Positions 14,215 through 28,433 are shown, counted from the stretch's first letter. The stretch is 64,000 bases of DNA from Octopus sinensis (GCF_006345805.1 NC_043003.1:80600001-80664000), one strand, 5' to 3'. Numbers and translations: made by a program. Notes: generated by a model not told the origin, from the sequence alone.

Positions 14215-15399
14215 AACGGGCTGGTGCGTTTTCTCTTCCGCTTCATGTAGAGGGGACAGGTGCCGCTTGTCAGATGGTTCATTTCCTGCCACGACCCGTT
14301 GCGTGGAGGACTGGGTTTGTTGTGGCTGACGATTCTCAGACATGCGCTGAGGCTGCGACATCTCCAGCAATACTTTAACTGTGAACAGGTGCGATCGCCG
14401 TTTGTTGAACGCGCTTTTCCGCTGGTCCTCTCCCTGATAGAGCTACAGTCCTAGATCAGGCGTAGACCCAGGCAGGGTGCTCTGGCACCTAGAGTATCTC
14501 AAAGCACGCACAGCCCTCCGCCAGTCGGGCAATGCGGCCAGTGAAAGTTCCACCTTGGAGTTCTATTGAGGATTAGTAGAGGGCAAGAGCGGCGACGTAC
14601 TCAGAATGATGCTGGGCGTCGAGGGGGATCAACTAGCAAGTATCTTCCGGGGGACCTTCTGGCCGGTAACTCTGGATAACTACCGGGATGCGCTGCCGGT
14701 TCGAGATAAACTCTACAAACACGGCTGTGCAGTCAGTTGGGCTTGTCCGACATGCATGTGGAGCGATTAAACCGATCTGCATGTTCTCGTACAGTGTCCG
14801 CGCATTGCTGACTTGTGGGGATTTGTCGAACAATTATTGTCACGTGCAGGCAGGATCCGGCTACCTTTCGAGTCCATTGTGAAGATCGCCCCGCCACCTT
14901 CCTTTGGCCGGGAAGGGAGGGCAATTTTTCTCTGTCAGGTGGCTATGACAAAAGAGGTTGTGTGGTGGACGCAATTGAAAGGGTTGAAAACGTTAACTTT
15001 CTCTTTGGTCAAGGCCTCATTGACTTTTTCCACATGAAAAGGAAATTGAGACTTGAGAGGGATGTACTGCCACCCAGTAAATTCGTTTAGAGGTGAGTAA
15101 ATGTTGCAAGAACTACTCGTGTGAATGGGCCTACTCTAAGTGTGGGCCTGTAGGCCAGATGGAAGGAAAAACTGAAGGAGCCTTCCTGAGGAGTTTTTGG
15201 TGTTAAGGGGTCCAAAGTGAGTGAGGTTTCTCTGGTCATCTTACGGTGGAGCACCCATCCTCTATTGAGGAAGCATATTGTTGATTTAATACCTTTGTTA
15301 ACCGTTATTTGTTGGATGTTTACTCTTTAACCTCACTGTCCCTCGTCTGTGTATCGTCCACTATGTTTTGTGTTCGGCCCTAGTGGCCAATAAAGAAAG

Positions 15400-15402
<3 letters not shown>
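14215..15402 (+). mobile_element. Old 3' fragment of a Tx1/L1-clade LINE
   Basis: Clear similarity to the C-terminus of the 31484-34234 ORF (LRHALRLRHL, EQVRSPFV, REGRAIFL) plus 3' UTR ending AATAAAGAAA. Confidence 0.85.
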
Positions 15403-15439
<37 letters not shown>

Positions 15440-16611
15440 GTATTGTTGTTGTTGTTGTTGTCGTTGTTGTCGCTGTTGTTGTTGTTGTTGTTGTTGTTAT
15501 CGTCATCAATAATATCATCATCATCATTACAAATGTACGGAAAAGAAATTGTCCTTGAACATTTGAGTCTAAATATGTAAAACCGACATTGATTCATTGA
15601 CTACGAACAAACTAAGTGCCACGAGGTGTTTCGCGAAATATCAGACGACATCTTAAGCATCATGCGCAAGCGATGACAGTGATGGTGAACAAATGACTAC
15701 ACGTTTTTCTATAAGGCATGTATGTAATCGATCTTCATTCCTAGTTCAAACGCAGACCAATGTCTGATCTGTGTTTTCTGGAACGTAGCCATTAGCTAAC
15801 AACACTTTCCTCAAATTCATGTATCAACCGAAGGGCATGGTAGATACTACCTACTAGATAGTGGTACTGTTAATCCATTTACCTAGAGTAAGTATATAAC
15901 TGTTGGGTAGTTGCACCTCCTGAGAGAAGATATTTTCCTTTGATGCTTAAATGTAGACAAGATTCATTCGGTGTATACCGAATCACTGTATATAATAGCC
16001 ATTAATTTAGAAATCATTTCCCCAGCCTATTATGCTATTCAGTAATTTCACTGTTCTTATTATCTATTCATTAATGTCTATAGTTTTACTGATATTATTT
16101 TAAAACTCAATTTAAGTCACATGCTGATCCTTATTTCTCATTTTATTTGTGTTCCGCAGGTGTATTGTACCTAACATCCTACGCTATTCTACTTTTCTTT
16201 TGATGAATATTGCTATATTGCTACTGCAGCATAAGGTAGTTTTGGATGTAAGGGACTTGCTTAGCGAGTTCCGGTCACTTAAATACAAACGCGGTAGTAG
16301 TCAGTGAAGCACGTATTTCTGGGATCCATGAATTTGACGACCACTTGTGTATGTACAAAATGGGTAGCAAGTGGTCATCGGTAAGCAGAGATTTGGAGCT
16401 ACGGAGAAACCCGGCAGGTGGGGCAAAATGGGGGTTTGACTAGGTTTCCATAAACATCTTTTTGACAACATCTAGATATCTAGTTCTAGTGATAGCTGGA
16501 CGCAATTAAAATGATCATTTAACGGCTTCCGCTCTCGAAGTATTTTAGACGAACGCAATATGGGTTTTGTTGCAGAATAGTTGGTTTAGACGCTACAAAA
16601 TCTCTCAAATT

Positions 16612-16889
16612 TTTGGTGATAATAATTACTGATATTACTTCTGTATTTACTATTGCTGGAAACAGCTGAAAACGCGGCTTTGGAATAAAAGGAGGCTTTG
16701 GAGTGAACACCAGTCCTTGGAATGAAAACGAAGCTCAGAAATCGTATTTAAACATGGCTGTCTGCTGCCCAGCGAGGTTCATGACTAAAGCTACTGCTGA
16801 CGGATACAGTACTCTCGTTCTTAGAAGACTAAGCCTAATTACGGCCAATCTTTTCAGCGTTCGGTATTGAGGATTGCTAGGGTATTACA
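16612..16889 (+). repeat. 5' LTR
   Basis: Matches 20079-20368 (ATAATTACTGAT, GTATTTAAACATGGCTGTCTGCTG, TTCATGACTAAAGCTAC, GAGGATTGCTA...TATTACA). Confidence 0.85.
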
Positions 16890-16903
16890 ATTTACTCTTC
16901 TCA

Positions 16904-19750
16904 ATGGACAAAGCGCTACGCCTGGGGCTCTTTGACATCGATTTATCCTTACATACTGCCGGAAAACGGTGGAAGTATTGGTATTTTACTTTTACCTACT
17001 ACTTAGACTCAATTAATGCGCCGGAAGAGGTTAAATCCCCACTTGCTTGCCAACCACACAGCCCTGACCTGTCCAAATATATTGCGGACTGAAACATGTA
17101 CATCCTTGACGTTCTTACGACACTGTACCTGTTGCCAATTTAGCGGCCGCCACGCTTAAATGTTTTTCCTGTAGCTACAAAAAAACACTTTCGTTCCAAG
17201 TGCCCAACCCGGGAAATGAAATGTAAAGTCTGTAACAAAGTTGGTCACTTCAAATGGGTGTGTCAGTTGTCTCGCGCGAACAAATGCTTTGTTACATACA
17301 CATTGCCTGTATTACACTCGGAAACTCTTCCGGCTTCATTGTCTTCGGCCGTTGTTAAAGTGTACGTAAATGGTTTGAAACTCAACGGTCTGGTTGATAC
17401 TGGAAATATTGAGAGTTATATATCATGTCATATTTTACACTCACATTGTTGGCGTATCCATCCATATCTTGTCAAGCGTTATGCGAGGTCACTGTTTTGT
17501 GAAATTGGTCTATCGTGGCAATCAATACCCCAGTGTGAAGCTTTCGCTTTTACGTGAGCTTTACTCAGATGTCTTACTTGGGCATGATTTTTTGAAACAG
17601 CATGAACGAATAAACGTAGCTTCGGGGGTAGCAGACCTCTATTTTCACTTTATGGCTTTAAGGCGGCTCACGTTGACACTTCTAAATTATTCAGGTTGCT
17701 TTCACCATATTGCAAACCTGTTGCTACGAAATCCAGGCACCTGTCACTGGCGAATCAGAAATTTGTCGAAAGTGAAGTCAGCCGTCTTTTTGTCAGAACA
17801 AACCATTGAACCATCTCATTCTCTATGGATGGCTCACATTTTAGTCACCAGAGATGAATCACGCAAAAGACGAATTGTACTCGATTTTAGCCAAACAATC
17901 AATCGATACACACAACTCAACGCCTACCCTGTGCCACGTATCGATGAAATAGTTGAGAAAATATCTTGCTGCAAGATCTTAAGAATACTTATCACCAGAT
18001 TCCTATTAGTGATGACGAGAAAACATTGACAGCATTCGAAGCATGAGGCAACCTGTATCAATTCCGTCGTATATTTTCAGAGTTACAAGTGGAATACCTA
18101 GTTTTCAATGTATCATTGATAAACAAAACTAAAGGATACCTCCGACTACGTTGACAACCTCTCAATATGCGGGCGCAACAGAGGAGAATTGTGAAAGATT
18201 CCTACAAGTCGTGAATACATACAGGCTTACCTTCAACGATAAGAAAACAGTCGTTCCCCCGCCCGGACTATCACGCTCTTGGGTAACGGGATGTCAAAAA
18301 GCGTTATCAGACCAGATCCAGAACGCTTCTGCTGCTTACGCTAGCTCCCATCTCCTCACAATGACAAAGCCCAAGAGGAGGATCATCGGGATGTTTGCTT
18401 ATCATTCCCACCGGATCTCCCATTTCTCCTATAAAGTCGCATCCTTGATGCAAAATAAAACCTTTCCTGAGCCTGATGTTGTCGAGCAGCCGTTCTGGAA
18501 ACTCAAGTCAGGAATCAAATATGCTGCTTTGGTCACCATTGATCATCAAGTAACTTTGGATGCGGAAACAGATGTTTCAGATATTGTTATCGCTCCAACC
18601 TTGAACCAGAATGGATGACCCGTAGCTTTCTTACCCAGAAAGCTCACTCGCAGCGAACGCAAGCCTTCCTCGCTAGAAAAGGAAGCCTGTGCTATCATTG
18701 AAGCTCTTCGTAAATGGAAACACTACCTTATCCGAGTTCATTTCCAGTTAGTGACCGACCAACGGTCCGTTATTTTCATATTCAACACAGAGAATTGAGC
18801 TATTTTGTTACAAATAGGATATTGTTTATCGACCGGGTAAGGCGTAAAAAGCTGCAGGTGCCTTTTCTTTGGTTATTGCGCATATTCTACCCCAATGGAC
18901 CTCACACAGCTCCATAATTTATTGTGCCACCCAGGCGTTACGCGACTGCTTCATTTCGTGCGGTCCATGTTCTACTAATTTCCACCTATGACGTAAACTC
19001 TGCGTCATCTTAATGTCCCACATGCGCCGAATTGAAGCCTAGAGTTTTTGTGTCACCGACAACCAAACTTGTGAAAGTCACTCAGCTGTTCCAGAGATTA
19101 CTTGAAGACTTTAAAGGTCCACTCCCATCTACTAAATACAACAAATATTTACTCATAGTTATCGCATGTTCACATATATCAGCCGCTAGTGTAATTCTTT
19201 ATCTCTGCCAACTATTTTCAATTTTTGTACTCCGTTCTTCCATTTATTCTGACCGTAGCGCGCCCTTCTTTTTAGCTGAACTGAGACAATTCATCCTTGA
19301 TAAAGGCATTGCGAGAAGTAGAACGACGCCTTACAATCCATTGTGGAATGGCCAGGTCGAAAGGCCAAATCAACATTGTATAAAACCATTACTTTGACAC
19401 TGAAGTCTAACAGATTGAGTGCAAGTCACAGGCAGCGCGTATTCAATGATGCTCTGCACTCTATTCCCTCCCTCCTCTGTACGGCCACTATCACCATGCA
19501 TCACGAAAGGCTGTTCAGTTTTCACCATCGCTCAAGTTTTGGGACCTCACGATCAGAATTGCTAGTGAAGAGTGGAGGTGTGCTCCTGAAGAAATAACCA
19601 CGGTTCTCAAATTACGGTAGAAAAGGTTGAATTACTTGAAAGCCCATCCACAGTACACTCAAGTACGCTTACTGAGCGGCAAGGAGGAAACAGTTTCGTT
19701 GAAGCATCTAGCTCCGAGGAAAGATGTGCAATTTCCCGATACACCGACCA
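16904..19750 (+). pseudogene. gag-pol with many frameshifts and stops
   Basis: MDKALR start, CxxC..GHF..VC knuckle, VDTG protease, RT (IVLDFSQTINRYTQLNAYPVPRID, YVDN), RNase H (ETDVSD..LEKEA..KWKHYL), integrase (DFKGPLP, YSD, TTPYNP..NGQVER). Confidence 0.88.
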
Positions 19751-20078
19751 AGCTTGATACCTCATAGTGCAACCAGGAAACTGTGAACGATCTCGAAGTG
19801 AAAATACCTGTACCTGAAACCGGAACCAGCTATATCAAGCCTTAAGAAGAATCTAAAAGCTGAAAACTTTAAAATCATGAGCAATCAAAAGTAGGTCAAC
19901 AGCGTCTACACTTATACAAATTGACAAACCGAAAGGCTGGTCAACAGTATCTACACGCATACAACTTGCTAAGCTAAAAAACGTAAACTATCCGGAATAT
20001 TGCAATGCTGTTATATCTTGATGTCAAAGAACTTTACGAAGTCACATGGTAGTTCTCAGATTCTTCAGCGGGGGAGAT

Positions 20079-20368
20079 TGTGGTAATAATTACTGATCTT
20101 ATTATTGTAACTATACATGTTATATTTACCACATGTATATTACTACAGCCATTTGAAAATGAGGCTTTGAAATGAAATCAAAACTCTGAAATGGAAGCAA
20201 AGCGTAGAAATGGTATTTAAACATGGCTGTCTGCTGACCAGCGAGATTCATGACTAAAGCTACAATTGACAGTTACTGTACTCCCGTTCTTAGAAGAGGA
20301 AAGTCTATTTAGGGTCTTACTTTTTAGCCTTCTGCATTAACGAATTTGAGGATTGCTAAACTATTACA
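20079..20368 (+). repeat. 3' LTR (TG...CA)
   Basis: Starts TGTGG after the polypurine tract, ends TATTACA. Confidence 0.85.
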
Positions 20369-21299
20369 ATTCCCAAACATTTCGAAATCTCTGATGGCTA
20401 ATGGTTATCTTTCTCATGTGCCCTAGAGTGCTCTTGATGCAATTGCATCTTTATAGTAGCTGGAGAGAGCGCATGTTACTTAAACGAATGTGCTGAACAT
20501 GTACGTGCCGATTCTGCAGACTTATAAATATCTGATCCACGTTCGACTAAGATAAGACACATAGATAGGAGCTCAGTTATTGGAAGATAACTGAGCCGTT
20601 ACCTGAGCACAATGACTGCAATAAATGGAACCACTATTTAAGCAGCTAATGACAGAAAATTAGGCGTCAAAATTAGGTACTTGTGGCTGGGTCTCTGAAA
20701 TATATTTCCCTGGTTACAATCACATTTATATTTAAGTTACTTGAAGTGTTTAATGAAGCGGTAGGTCACTCTGGAAAGAGGATTTAGATTTCTTAATCTC
20801 GAACGTACGCCAACATTATCAAATACTAAACCGTTGTGATAAACTGACCTGACAATATATTATAGAATGGCAAACTGGCCATACTCTCTAATTAGTTACA
20901 GTGAAAGGGTTCTTAAAGGATATAGAGAGGACATGATAGTTAGCAGAATCGAGAACAGAAGTATATCTTGACTGATGCATCAGTGTCAATAAGCATATTT
21001 TGCTACGTTCTTCTACGACAAAATATAAGCATACGATATCATGAAACAAATTAACAATGATATGAATGTAACTTAAAATTGGAATATGATACAAAATTTA
21101 ATACGAAAATTAGAGATGGTCACACGAATCAGCGCTGCATGTCTTACTTGTCATTAATAAATTCTCTCTTATCATTGGATTACATTTTCAGCCTGTAGAT
21201 ATCAAATGTGTTTCGCAGCGCCGACATTTTCACAGAATATTTCTCTCCAGTTCTTAAATCATTCAGTTTCTCAGGTGTTTGACTGGATGTTGAAAAAAA

Positions 21300-22200
21300 A
21301 CTTGATAGTTTTGAGGGTCTAATGAAAATCCTTGTTAGGTTCCCTATTTAATAGGGAGTGATCTAATGTTCAGGGCACGTAACCGGTTTGGATTTCCTTG
21401 TGTCTGGAATATTGTTACAAAATCTAATCCGCAACCTCGTAGTCTAGCAAAGGTTGTCTGGAATTATGTGACATTTTTTCTTGCAATTTGTTTAATAGTC
21501 ATCACTTTTGATGTTCATGTCTACGTGTAGTTTCGGTGGATGAAATATTTCAACTCAATGTAATTGATATTCATGTAATTTCCAGGGCGCATGGCATAAA
21601 GTTGTGTACTGAACTCAACAGCCTAATAAATCGAACAATTTGCTTTGAGATTCAGGTTCTAGGTTTCAGATGTGCTCAAAAGTGATGTGACCTGCCACGA
21701 ATCGTCTTCAGTACAAGAAAGTTTTATGAAGATGCTGTAAATATATGGTAATATGTAGATATGTGTCGTTTGCTCTGAGTGTCATAGTTTTGGGTATACC
21801 GATATAAGACCAAAATCCTCGTAGGTGTTGGCATACTAGGGCTTTCTAGATCAACTTCAGTGAAACAAGTATCAACGTGTTTGTCGCCATATTGTAACTT
21901 TACAAGTTTTGGTCGTAAATGTGTAATTAATCAATTTAATCCGTTGTAGGTTTAAAAGTCCTTATTCATTTAATTTAGAACGTTAACTCTACGGCTGATT
22001 ATCAGTTGATCTTCATTAGCACAACAGGCAACACATAGAAAGCCTGGTGTGGTGAGGGCATAACTGTGTTTCTTATCACTGCTGATGTTTAATTTAGGAG
22101 AAAGTTCCTCTCTGAATGACATTAGACCTATCACTCTATAATAGCACGATTGAACCATTTAGTTGGAGAGCGTTGAGTATAAAGATGGCGCACTTATTTT
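21300..22200 (-). pseudogene. Possible highly decayed RTE-clade LINE RT/C-terminal relic
   Basis: Only fragmentary resemblance to RTE C-terminal motifs on the minus strand. Confidence 0.3.
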
Positions 22201-22414
22201 GCATCAAATGGATTTCATTACTGTGTAAAAAGGTTCGAGTAGCTCATCTAAGTTTAAAATGACAGGGAATGGATTCCCATGTTCTCCTACATATTCTTTG
22301 TAGCTACACAAATATTCGTGCATACATAAGTACATATATGCCTTCATATACACGTACATACATGCATACATACATGTATACATACATACGAATATATATA
22401 TATATAATATATAT

Positions 22415-22449
<35 letters not shown>

Positions 22450-22759
22450 GCGCGCATGTATATGCGTGTGTATCTTTCATTTGTCTTAAGTAGGGGTTCT
22501 ATTTGTATGTTCCCAAGGTATGCTGAAATACATTTTCAGGTGCTACTTACACCGTTCGATGAAGAGATACGTCCATGGATACCGAAACAATGGATGTATG
22601 CTATAAGCAGTCGGTGTCGTTGTAATCATCAGTTTGCCTGCACGCAAGTTTCTAATCTTGTGTCCATCTTGGAAGTTATTCTTATTCTTATTGCTATCTT
22701 TCATTTTTCGTTTGATTTATTTTATTTCATCTTCGGCTGGTTTTCAACCAGAGACCTAA

Positions 22760-22799
<40 letters not shown>

Positions 22800-22819
22800 T
22801 AGAGAGATACCTCATGAGA

Positions 22820-24440
22820 AGGTGAGCAGTTGGTATCAGCAGAAATATTTTAACCTTGTAGGTTCTTGGCTTCCATGGAATCTGGTTAAAACTTTTGTTT
22901 TTATCCTTCTTGAACATTCTCAGAGCAACTACAAAAAAGGAAAAGTTATGACTTTTAATTGCCACACACTAGATATTTCAAACACAAGGTCCTTGTATTT
23001 GGATAGGTTTTCAAATTATTTGGCTGAGATGTTTCTACCACCATATACCGTCATATCAATTAATAGGTGCGTTTTGTTTTGCCCTAGATTTTTTATGACA
23101 ATGTTTAGCCTGTTAGCATATTTTGCCTGTCTGCATGTATCTCCTAATCCCATAGGATGGAGATATTGTCTTCCTCAGTGATTGGCTTTGGGTAGTATTC
23201 GTTGCAGTTCTTCGGGTGCTGGATACCAAAGTGATGGAATTTGGTCCAGGGCAAGTTGTGGCCAACTCGATCATGCCTGGTTTTATATATACTGTATGCA
23301 ACCGGCAGCAATGGGGTCGATGCTGCCAAGTTAGTCATCGCGAAGTGTAGATTTTGTGTCTGCCTCTTTGTGGAAGGCACTGGCTTGACAGCTCTAAATG
23401 AAGAGACTCTGGTATTTTTTTTTTCTGTTTGCCTTTCAAAACTGTGCTCTTCAGCCTCTGATGAATTCTTTTCATATCTTCATCTGTTTCCTCAGCTCGT
23501 TTGAGGCATTACTCATGCTATGGGCTTTCTTGACATCCTGCCTAATGTCAGCGGTTTCCTGGTCTTTATGCCCATACGTTGGTATTCACTCATATCCCAA
23601 ATAAGGACATTAAGGCTATACTGTACAACTGGTGCCAACAAGGAGTTTACAGCTTGAATTCTATTGTGGGAGTTCAACTCGGTATTCAGAACCATTCGGA
23701 CGCATCAATAATATTTTCTCTTGATCTTTTCTTGCATTGACACTTGTTGAATCCCTCCTCTTTGAGCTGTTTTTTACCCCATTTGAACGTAGCTGTTGCA
23801 CATTTATCTAGGGCCAAATTCCATATTGACGTCATCACTGTTTTTTTTTCATAGCTATTATAAACCCTTTCAAGGCCTTTTCATCTTTTGCATATAGTTT
23901 CATATAATCCATGTAGAACAACTGAGAGGTAATCTCAATCCGTTCGTATTAGTAATTTCTTCTGTTCGACTTGTGGGACAAGGGACTAAAGAAAAGACAG
24001 AATATAATTTAGGGGAGAGTGAATCACCTTGTAATACTTCGCGATCTATTTTCCTGAATTCAGATACATCCAAGCATTTCATGAGTTTGAGAAGTAATTT
24101 CACGTTCCAAGTCTCATACTAAGTGAACGAAAACCTTTTACGAAAGGAAAGAAATTGTATACGTTTAGTACATTGAATATCCAATTATGCCGATCTCTGT
24201 TCAACGCGTTACGAAAGTCAATACATGCTCTACTAACATATTGATTTTTAATGGGCAAATTTCATCTATTATACGATTTATTAATAGCGTTTTGTTTTTG
24301 CACCCCTTTTATTTAAGAGGAAGGATGTTGTTTGATCAAGAAATTGATACATCTTTTTGGCGAAAATAGATATAAGTATTTTATACATAGCTGTCCCACA
24401 AGTGATCAGTCTATAGTTTTTGGTTCTCTGTTTCGCTCAT
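22820..24440 (-). pseudogene. R4/Dong-clade LINE relic (RT/thumb)
   Basis: REVLQGDSLSP, FGPR-CATA, ELNSHNRIQAVNSLLAPVVQYS, KTRK. Confidence 0.7.
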
Positions 24441-24677
24441 TTTACGGTGTTGGCATGTCATCCATATTAAGAGCCAGTTTGGAATATTCTTGGGGTTTCT
24501 GGTGATATCAGAGAAACACTCATTTAACTGGCAATGTAACGATGAAAGGCCATTAAGTCAGAAATGTGTGTGGGACTTTCATTTCCAGGAGACTTCGACT
24601 TATGAGCTTTCATTAGGGCTACGGTTATTATTATTACTATTATTATTACTATTATTATTATTATTATTTGTATCAGT

Positions 24678-24708
<31 letters not shown>

Positions 24709-24730
24709 AGTAGTAGTAGTAGTAGTAATA

Positions 24731-24935
24731 AGCTGACAGAATCGTTAGCACGCCGGGCGAAACGCTTAGCAGTATTTTATTTGTCTTTACGTTCTGAGTT
24801 CAAATTCTGCCGGGGTCGACTTCGCCTTTCATCCTACCGCGTGCCATGAAATAAGTACCATTTGAGTACTGGTTTCTATATAATCGACTTAAGTTCTCCC
24901 CGAAATTGGTGGTATTGTGCCTAAATTTGAAATTA
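24731..24935 (+). mobile_element. Family A SINE
   Basis: GAATCGTTAGCACGCCGGGCGAAA ... GAGTTCAAATTC ... AATAAGTACC; follows a (TAG)n tract. Confidence 0.75.
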
Positions 24936-26624
24936 TCCTTTTCGTTATTAGTTTTCTTGTAAATAGCATCCATAAATTAAGATTCCAACTCAAGACGTTG
25001 TGTAAAAAATGTCAAAAATGAATTGTGAATTATTCTGCAATGACGTCATTAACAGAAAAAAATTCAATGGATGGGTAAACAGATTTCATAAATTATTCTA
25101 ATCTCGAATAATAAATATAATAAATATCACAGATAACGGCAAATCAAAAATGATATGAACAATAAGAGTATCAGCGATAGAAATCTACCATTAACCATTT
25201 CGTGACCATATTTTTAATGAATTGCACTATGTGGTTCAATTAAATATTTAGATAATGGAGGTACCTGATAGGTTTAGTAAAAATTAAAATAATCGGACTT
25301 TACTCTTTTTAGCTTCGTGTTTTGTAACATAATTTAATAAAAATAATTGTTTATTTATAAGTTTGCAAAATGTGTTTCTGTTGTATATTATTCTATATAT
25401 GTGTGCAGTAAAAGAAAAACGAAAAGAAATGTGTCTCTTGCTTATTCAGCAATTTATCTTTCTACAGTTTGCAGACAAAACTACAAAATCATTGGAACGA
25501 AGAGCAACCTATGTCATCTGTCACTTTAGCTAAACTATCTCACGGAAGTCTTTCAACCCAATTTAAAGGACGGTAGTGGATGTCTTAAGGCTGAAATCAC
25601 GAGACTCCTCAACTACGGACGACGGATGAAGCAATTATTTCCTCTAATGATAGGTTGCAGATCAGCTTTTTTCAGAACAAAGATTCGATGATCAGTGGAA
25701 AACATGTTACAGCAGATACCTCTGTTTTCTCACGTAAGTATAAAAGATTTAGCTCGTCCTGACACTTACAGTCACTGTTATTCAGGTTTAAAGTCTCCAG
25801 GTGTGAAGAACAGCCAGCAGAAACGTGTTACAGTTGAATGAAATAATTCATTTCAACATGATAGCCAACTGTACCCCACCATGACTACAATGAGGGGAGG
25901 TTGCTGGAACTCACTGACAGTTGCTCTAAAATGGCATCTATATGGCTCGTACTTGGTGTCTGTGACACAAGCAACTACGATACATTCGCACGCATCAATG
26001 AGAAGGAAAGCTGTCGAGGACGATAGCGATTCAAGCTAGACACCAAAGGTAAGTTGTAAGATAGTCCGAAATGTTGGTTAAGAAATGACTTCATACCCGT
26101 TTAATGGAATTATTGTTACATTGATGGATTAACTACATGCAAGGAACATCGCTGCCATCGTGAATCCACACCAACTGCGTAGTCTACATTAGATTCCAGT
26201 GTGTTACGGAGTTACTCGGGAGGAATAATTTGCTATATATATATATATTTCAAGGAATAATTTGGTATATGTTTTAGCAATGACAAGTTGGAGTCTGACT
26301 GGAAGCCGAACCCATTTAAATTTAGATTGCGCCTCAAGAAAGTTGAGCTTGCTGTCATTCAATGTCCTTGAAAATGGCGTAGCAAATAAATTCTGTACAA
26401 CAACGACTGGTGGTGAAATATTCGTATAGATGACTTGACTAAAGATAGCATAAATTTGAAAAGAACGGAACAGTTCTTCCTCGCCAAAAGGGCTCTATTA
26501 TAAATAATTAAATGAAGTTCATTGAACGTCTTTGATAGAGTTTCTCATCTGCTTTCTCTGTTGCCTGCGACAGGCTTTGGGAAAATTATTGAGCCAAGAA
26601 TATGAGAACTACACTTTGAACTCT

Positions 26625-26969
26625 AATGGTGGAAGCACTCCGTCGGTTATAAAGACGAGGGTTCCGGTTGATCCGAATCAACGGAACAGCCTGCTCGTGA
26701 ATTTAACGTGTAAGTGGCTGAGCACTCCAGAGACACGTGTACCCTTAACGTAGTTCTCGGAGATATTCAGCGTGACGCAGAGAGTGACAAGGCCGGCCCT
26801 TTGAAATACAGGTACAACAGAAACAGGAAGTAAGAGTGAGAGAAAGTTGTGGTGAAAGAGTACAGCAGGGATTACCACCACCCCCTGCCGGAGCCTCGTG
26901 GAGCTTTAGGCGTTTTTGCTCAATAAACACTCACAACGCCCCTAACCACTGGGCCATTGCGCCTCCACT
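26625..26969 (-). mobile_element. SINE related to family C, with a different 3' half
   Basis: Truncated tRNA-like head GGCGCAATGGCCCAGTGGTTAG; shares GTGTTTAT..GGCTCCGGCA and CCACAACTTTCTCTCACTCTT blocks with 39739-40030. Confidence 0.65.
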
Positions 26970-28433
26970 GAACTCTAATACGCAATAAATGGAATACAAC
27001 GTACAACTTCTGTCATACAGTCACACATGTTTTTAACATAACCACTAGCTTAGGTATTTCGCTGTATGCTTTATTAATTCAACGCAGGGTAAATTGCAAA
27101 ACCCTTGTTCAGTTTTTAACACATTGTTCTGGTATTTGACTCTAGTGTATAGTTCATATGATGCGGTGACCTGCCTCCTGTAAAATTATAGGCTGTCTGA
27201 CATAGAGAGCCATGCCCTATTTAGCATCAGTTTCATTGACGTATGTTATGCAGCGATAGATATAGCTGACGAACGACAAACCAGTGTGTGTAGAGTTTGC
27301 TTGTTTTCGTTGATAAAAATACAGAACATATTAAAATATTGCTTTCATTTGTTTTCAAATTTTTTCCTTCGCTTAAAAAAGATAGTAACACACAGCAAGC
27401 ACACGTACATACACATATACTCAGACACGCACGTAAACACACGCACACACACACACGCGCACACACACACACACACACCAGCACACACATACACGCACAC
27501 TCATACATATATATATAACCTATATATCACTTTAACAATATTGATACATTTTGCGGTTCACTTTTTTTTTTACCACTCTAATATTTATATATACAGGATT
27601 AAATAATGACGTTAAAGGAACTTGTGTAAACATTATCATGTCTTTGCAATAGATAAGTATATACTATCACTTTGTGTTATGAAAACCCTGCACTTTTATG
27701 GCGCTCTCTTATTTGCATCTTTTTTATACTATGTATTCTAAATTCTGCATTAATATACGAAAGTGGATTAAAATAAACGGTCAATTCTTGTTATACATAG
27801 ATGTGGTTTAAAGTGCACGGCATTTCTTTAGTTCTAAAGTTTTATGTTCCTGATGTTGCTATTTCAAGTACGTTTATAATTTTACACAGAAAATGCATTT
27901 AATCCTATTGTTGTTAGGTTTATTAAGCGTCAGGATCCACTAAGCATATTTCATTTATAACACGCTGGAAGATTAATATCAAAACAACCGTGCTTATGTA
28001 TTTATGACAAAGTGGATAAGTTTAAACATAAAATGGATGGATTCGTAACATAAAACGCGGAACAGGTTCAAGCGGGGGTAGTATAAAAGAGTTTAGTAGT
28101 TTTCTCTTTATTTTCATATATGATATCCCCAGCAGTGAAACGCAGGAACAATTCTGCGTTGTATAAAGTTTACTGTTTCTACGAAAGAAAACCCTTAATG
28201 TGTATTCCACAAATACATCGTTTAATAAAATCTATACATTTCTATTAAGGCATCATTTAACCGATTTTCTTCATCATTTCATGCAATATTCTTGATTTGA
28301 TTCGTATGTTCAATACTTAAGGTTCTACCAACATTGGATTTGCAGACATTCTCTGGTTATATATAGCTCAGTATTGACATATTTCAACGACAATGTGTTA
28401 GATAACATTGAAAGTGTATACACACACACATAC

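Larger units (their letters stand above)
16612..20368 (+). mobile_element. Degenerate Ty3/gypsy LTR retrotransposon
   Basis: Paired diverged LTRs, polypurine tract GGGGGAGA at about 20070-20077, internal order gag-PR-RT-RH-IN. Confidence 0.9.

Noticed and set aside
12965-15402. Twin-priming 5' inversion joining the ORF1-like relic (-) to the Tx1 3' end (+)
   Set aside because: About 3 kb of intervening element would be missing, no TSD is visible and an (AAT)n tract separates them; independent insertions are simpler
16160-16235. Plus-strand 76-nt exon-like segment
   Set aside because: Weak donor (GTAGTT) and no partner exon
16605-20375. Target-site duplication of the gypsy element
   Set aside because: Flanks do not match convincingly
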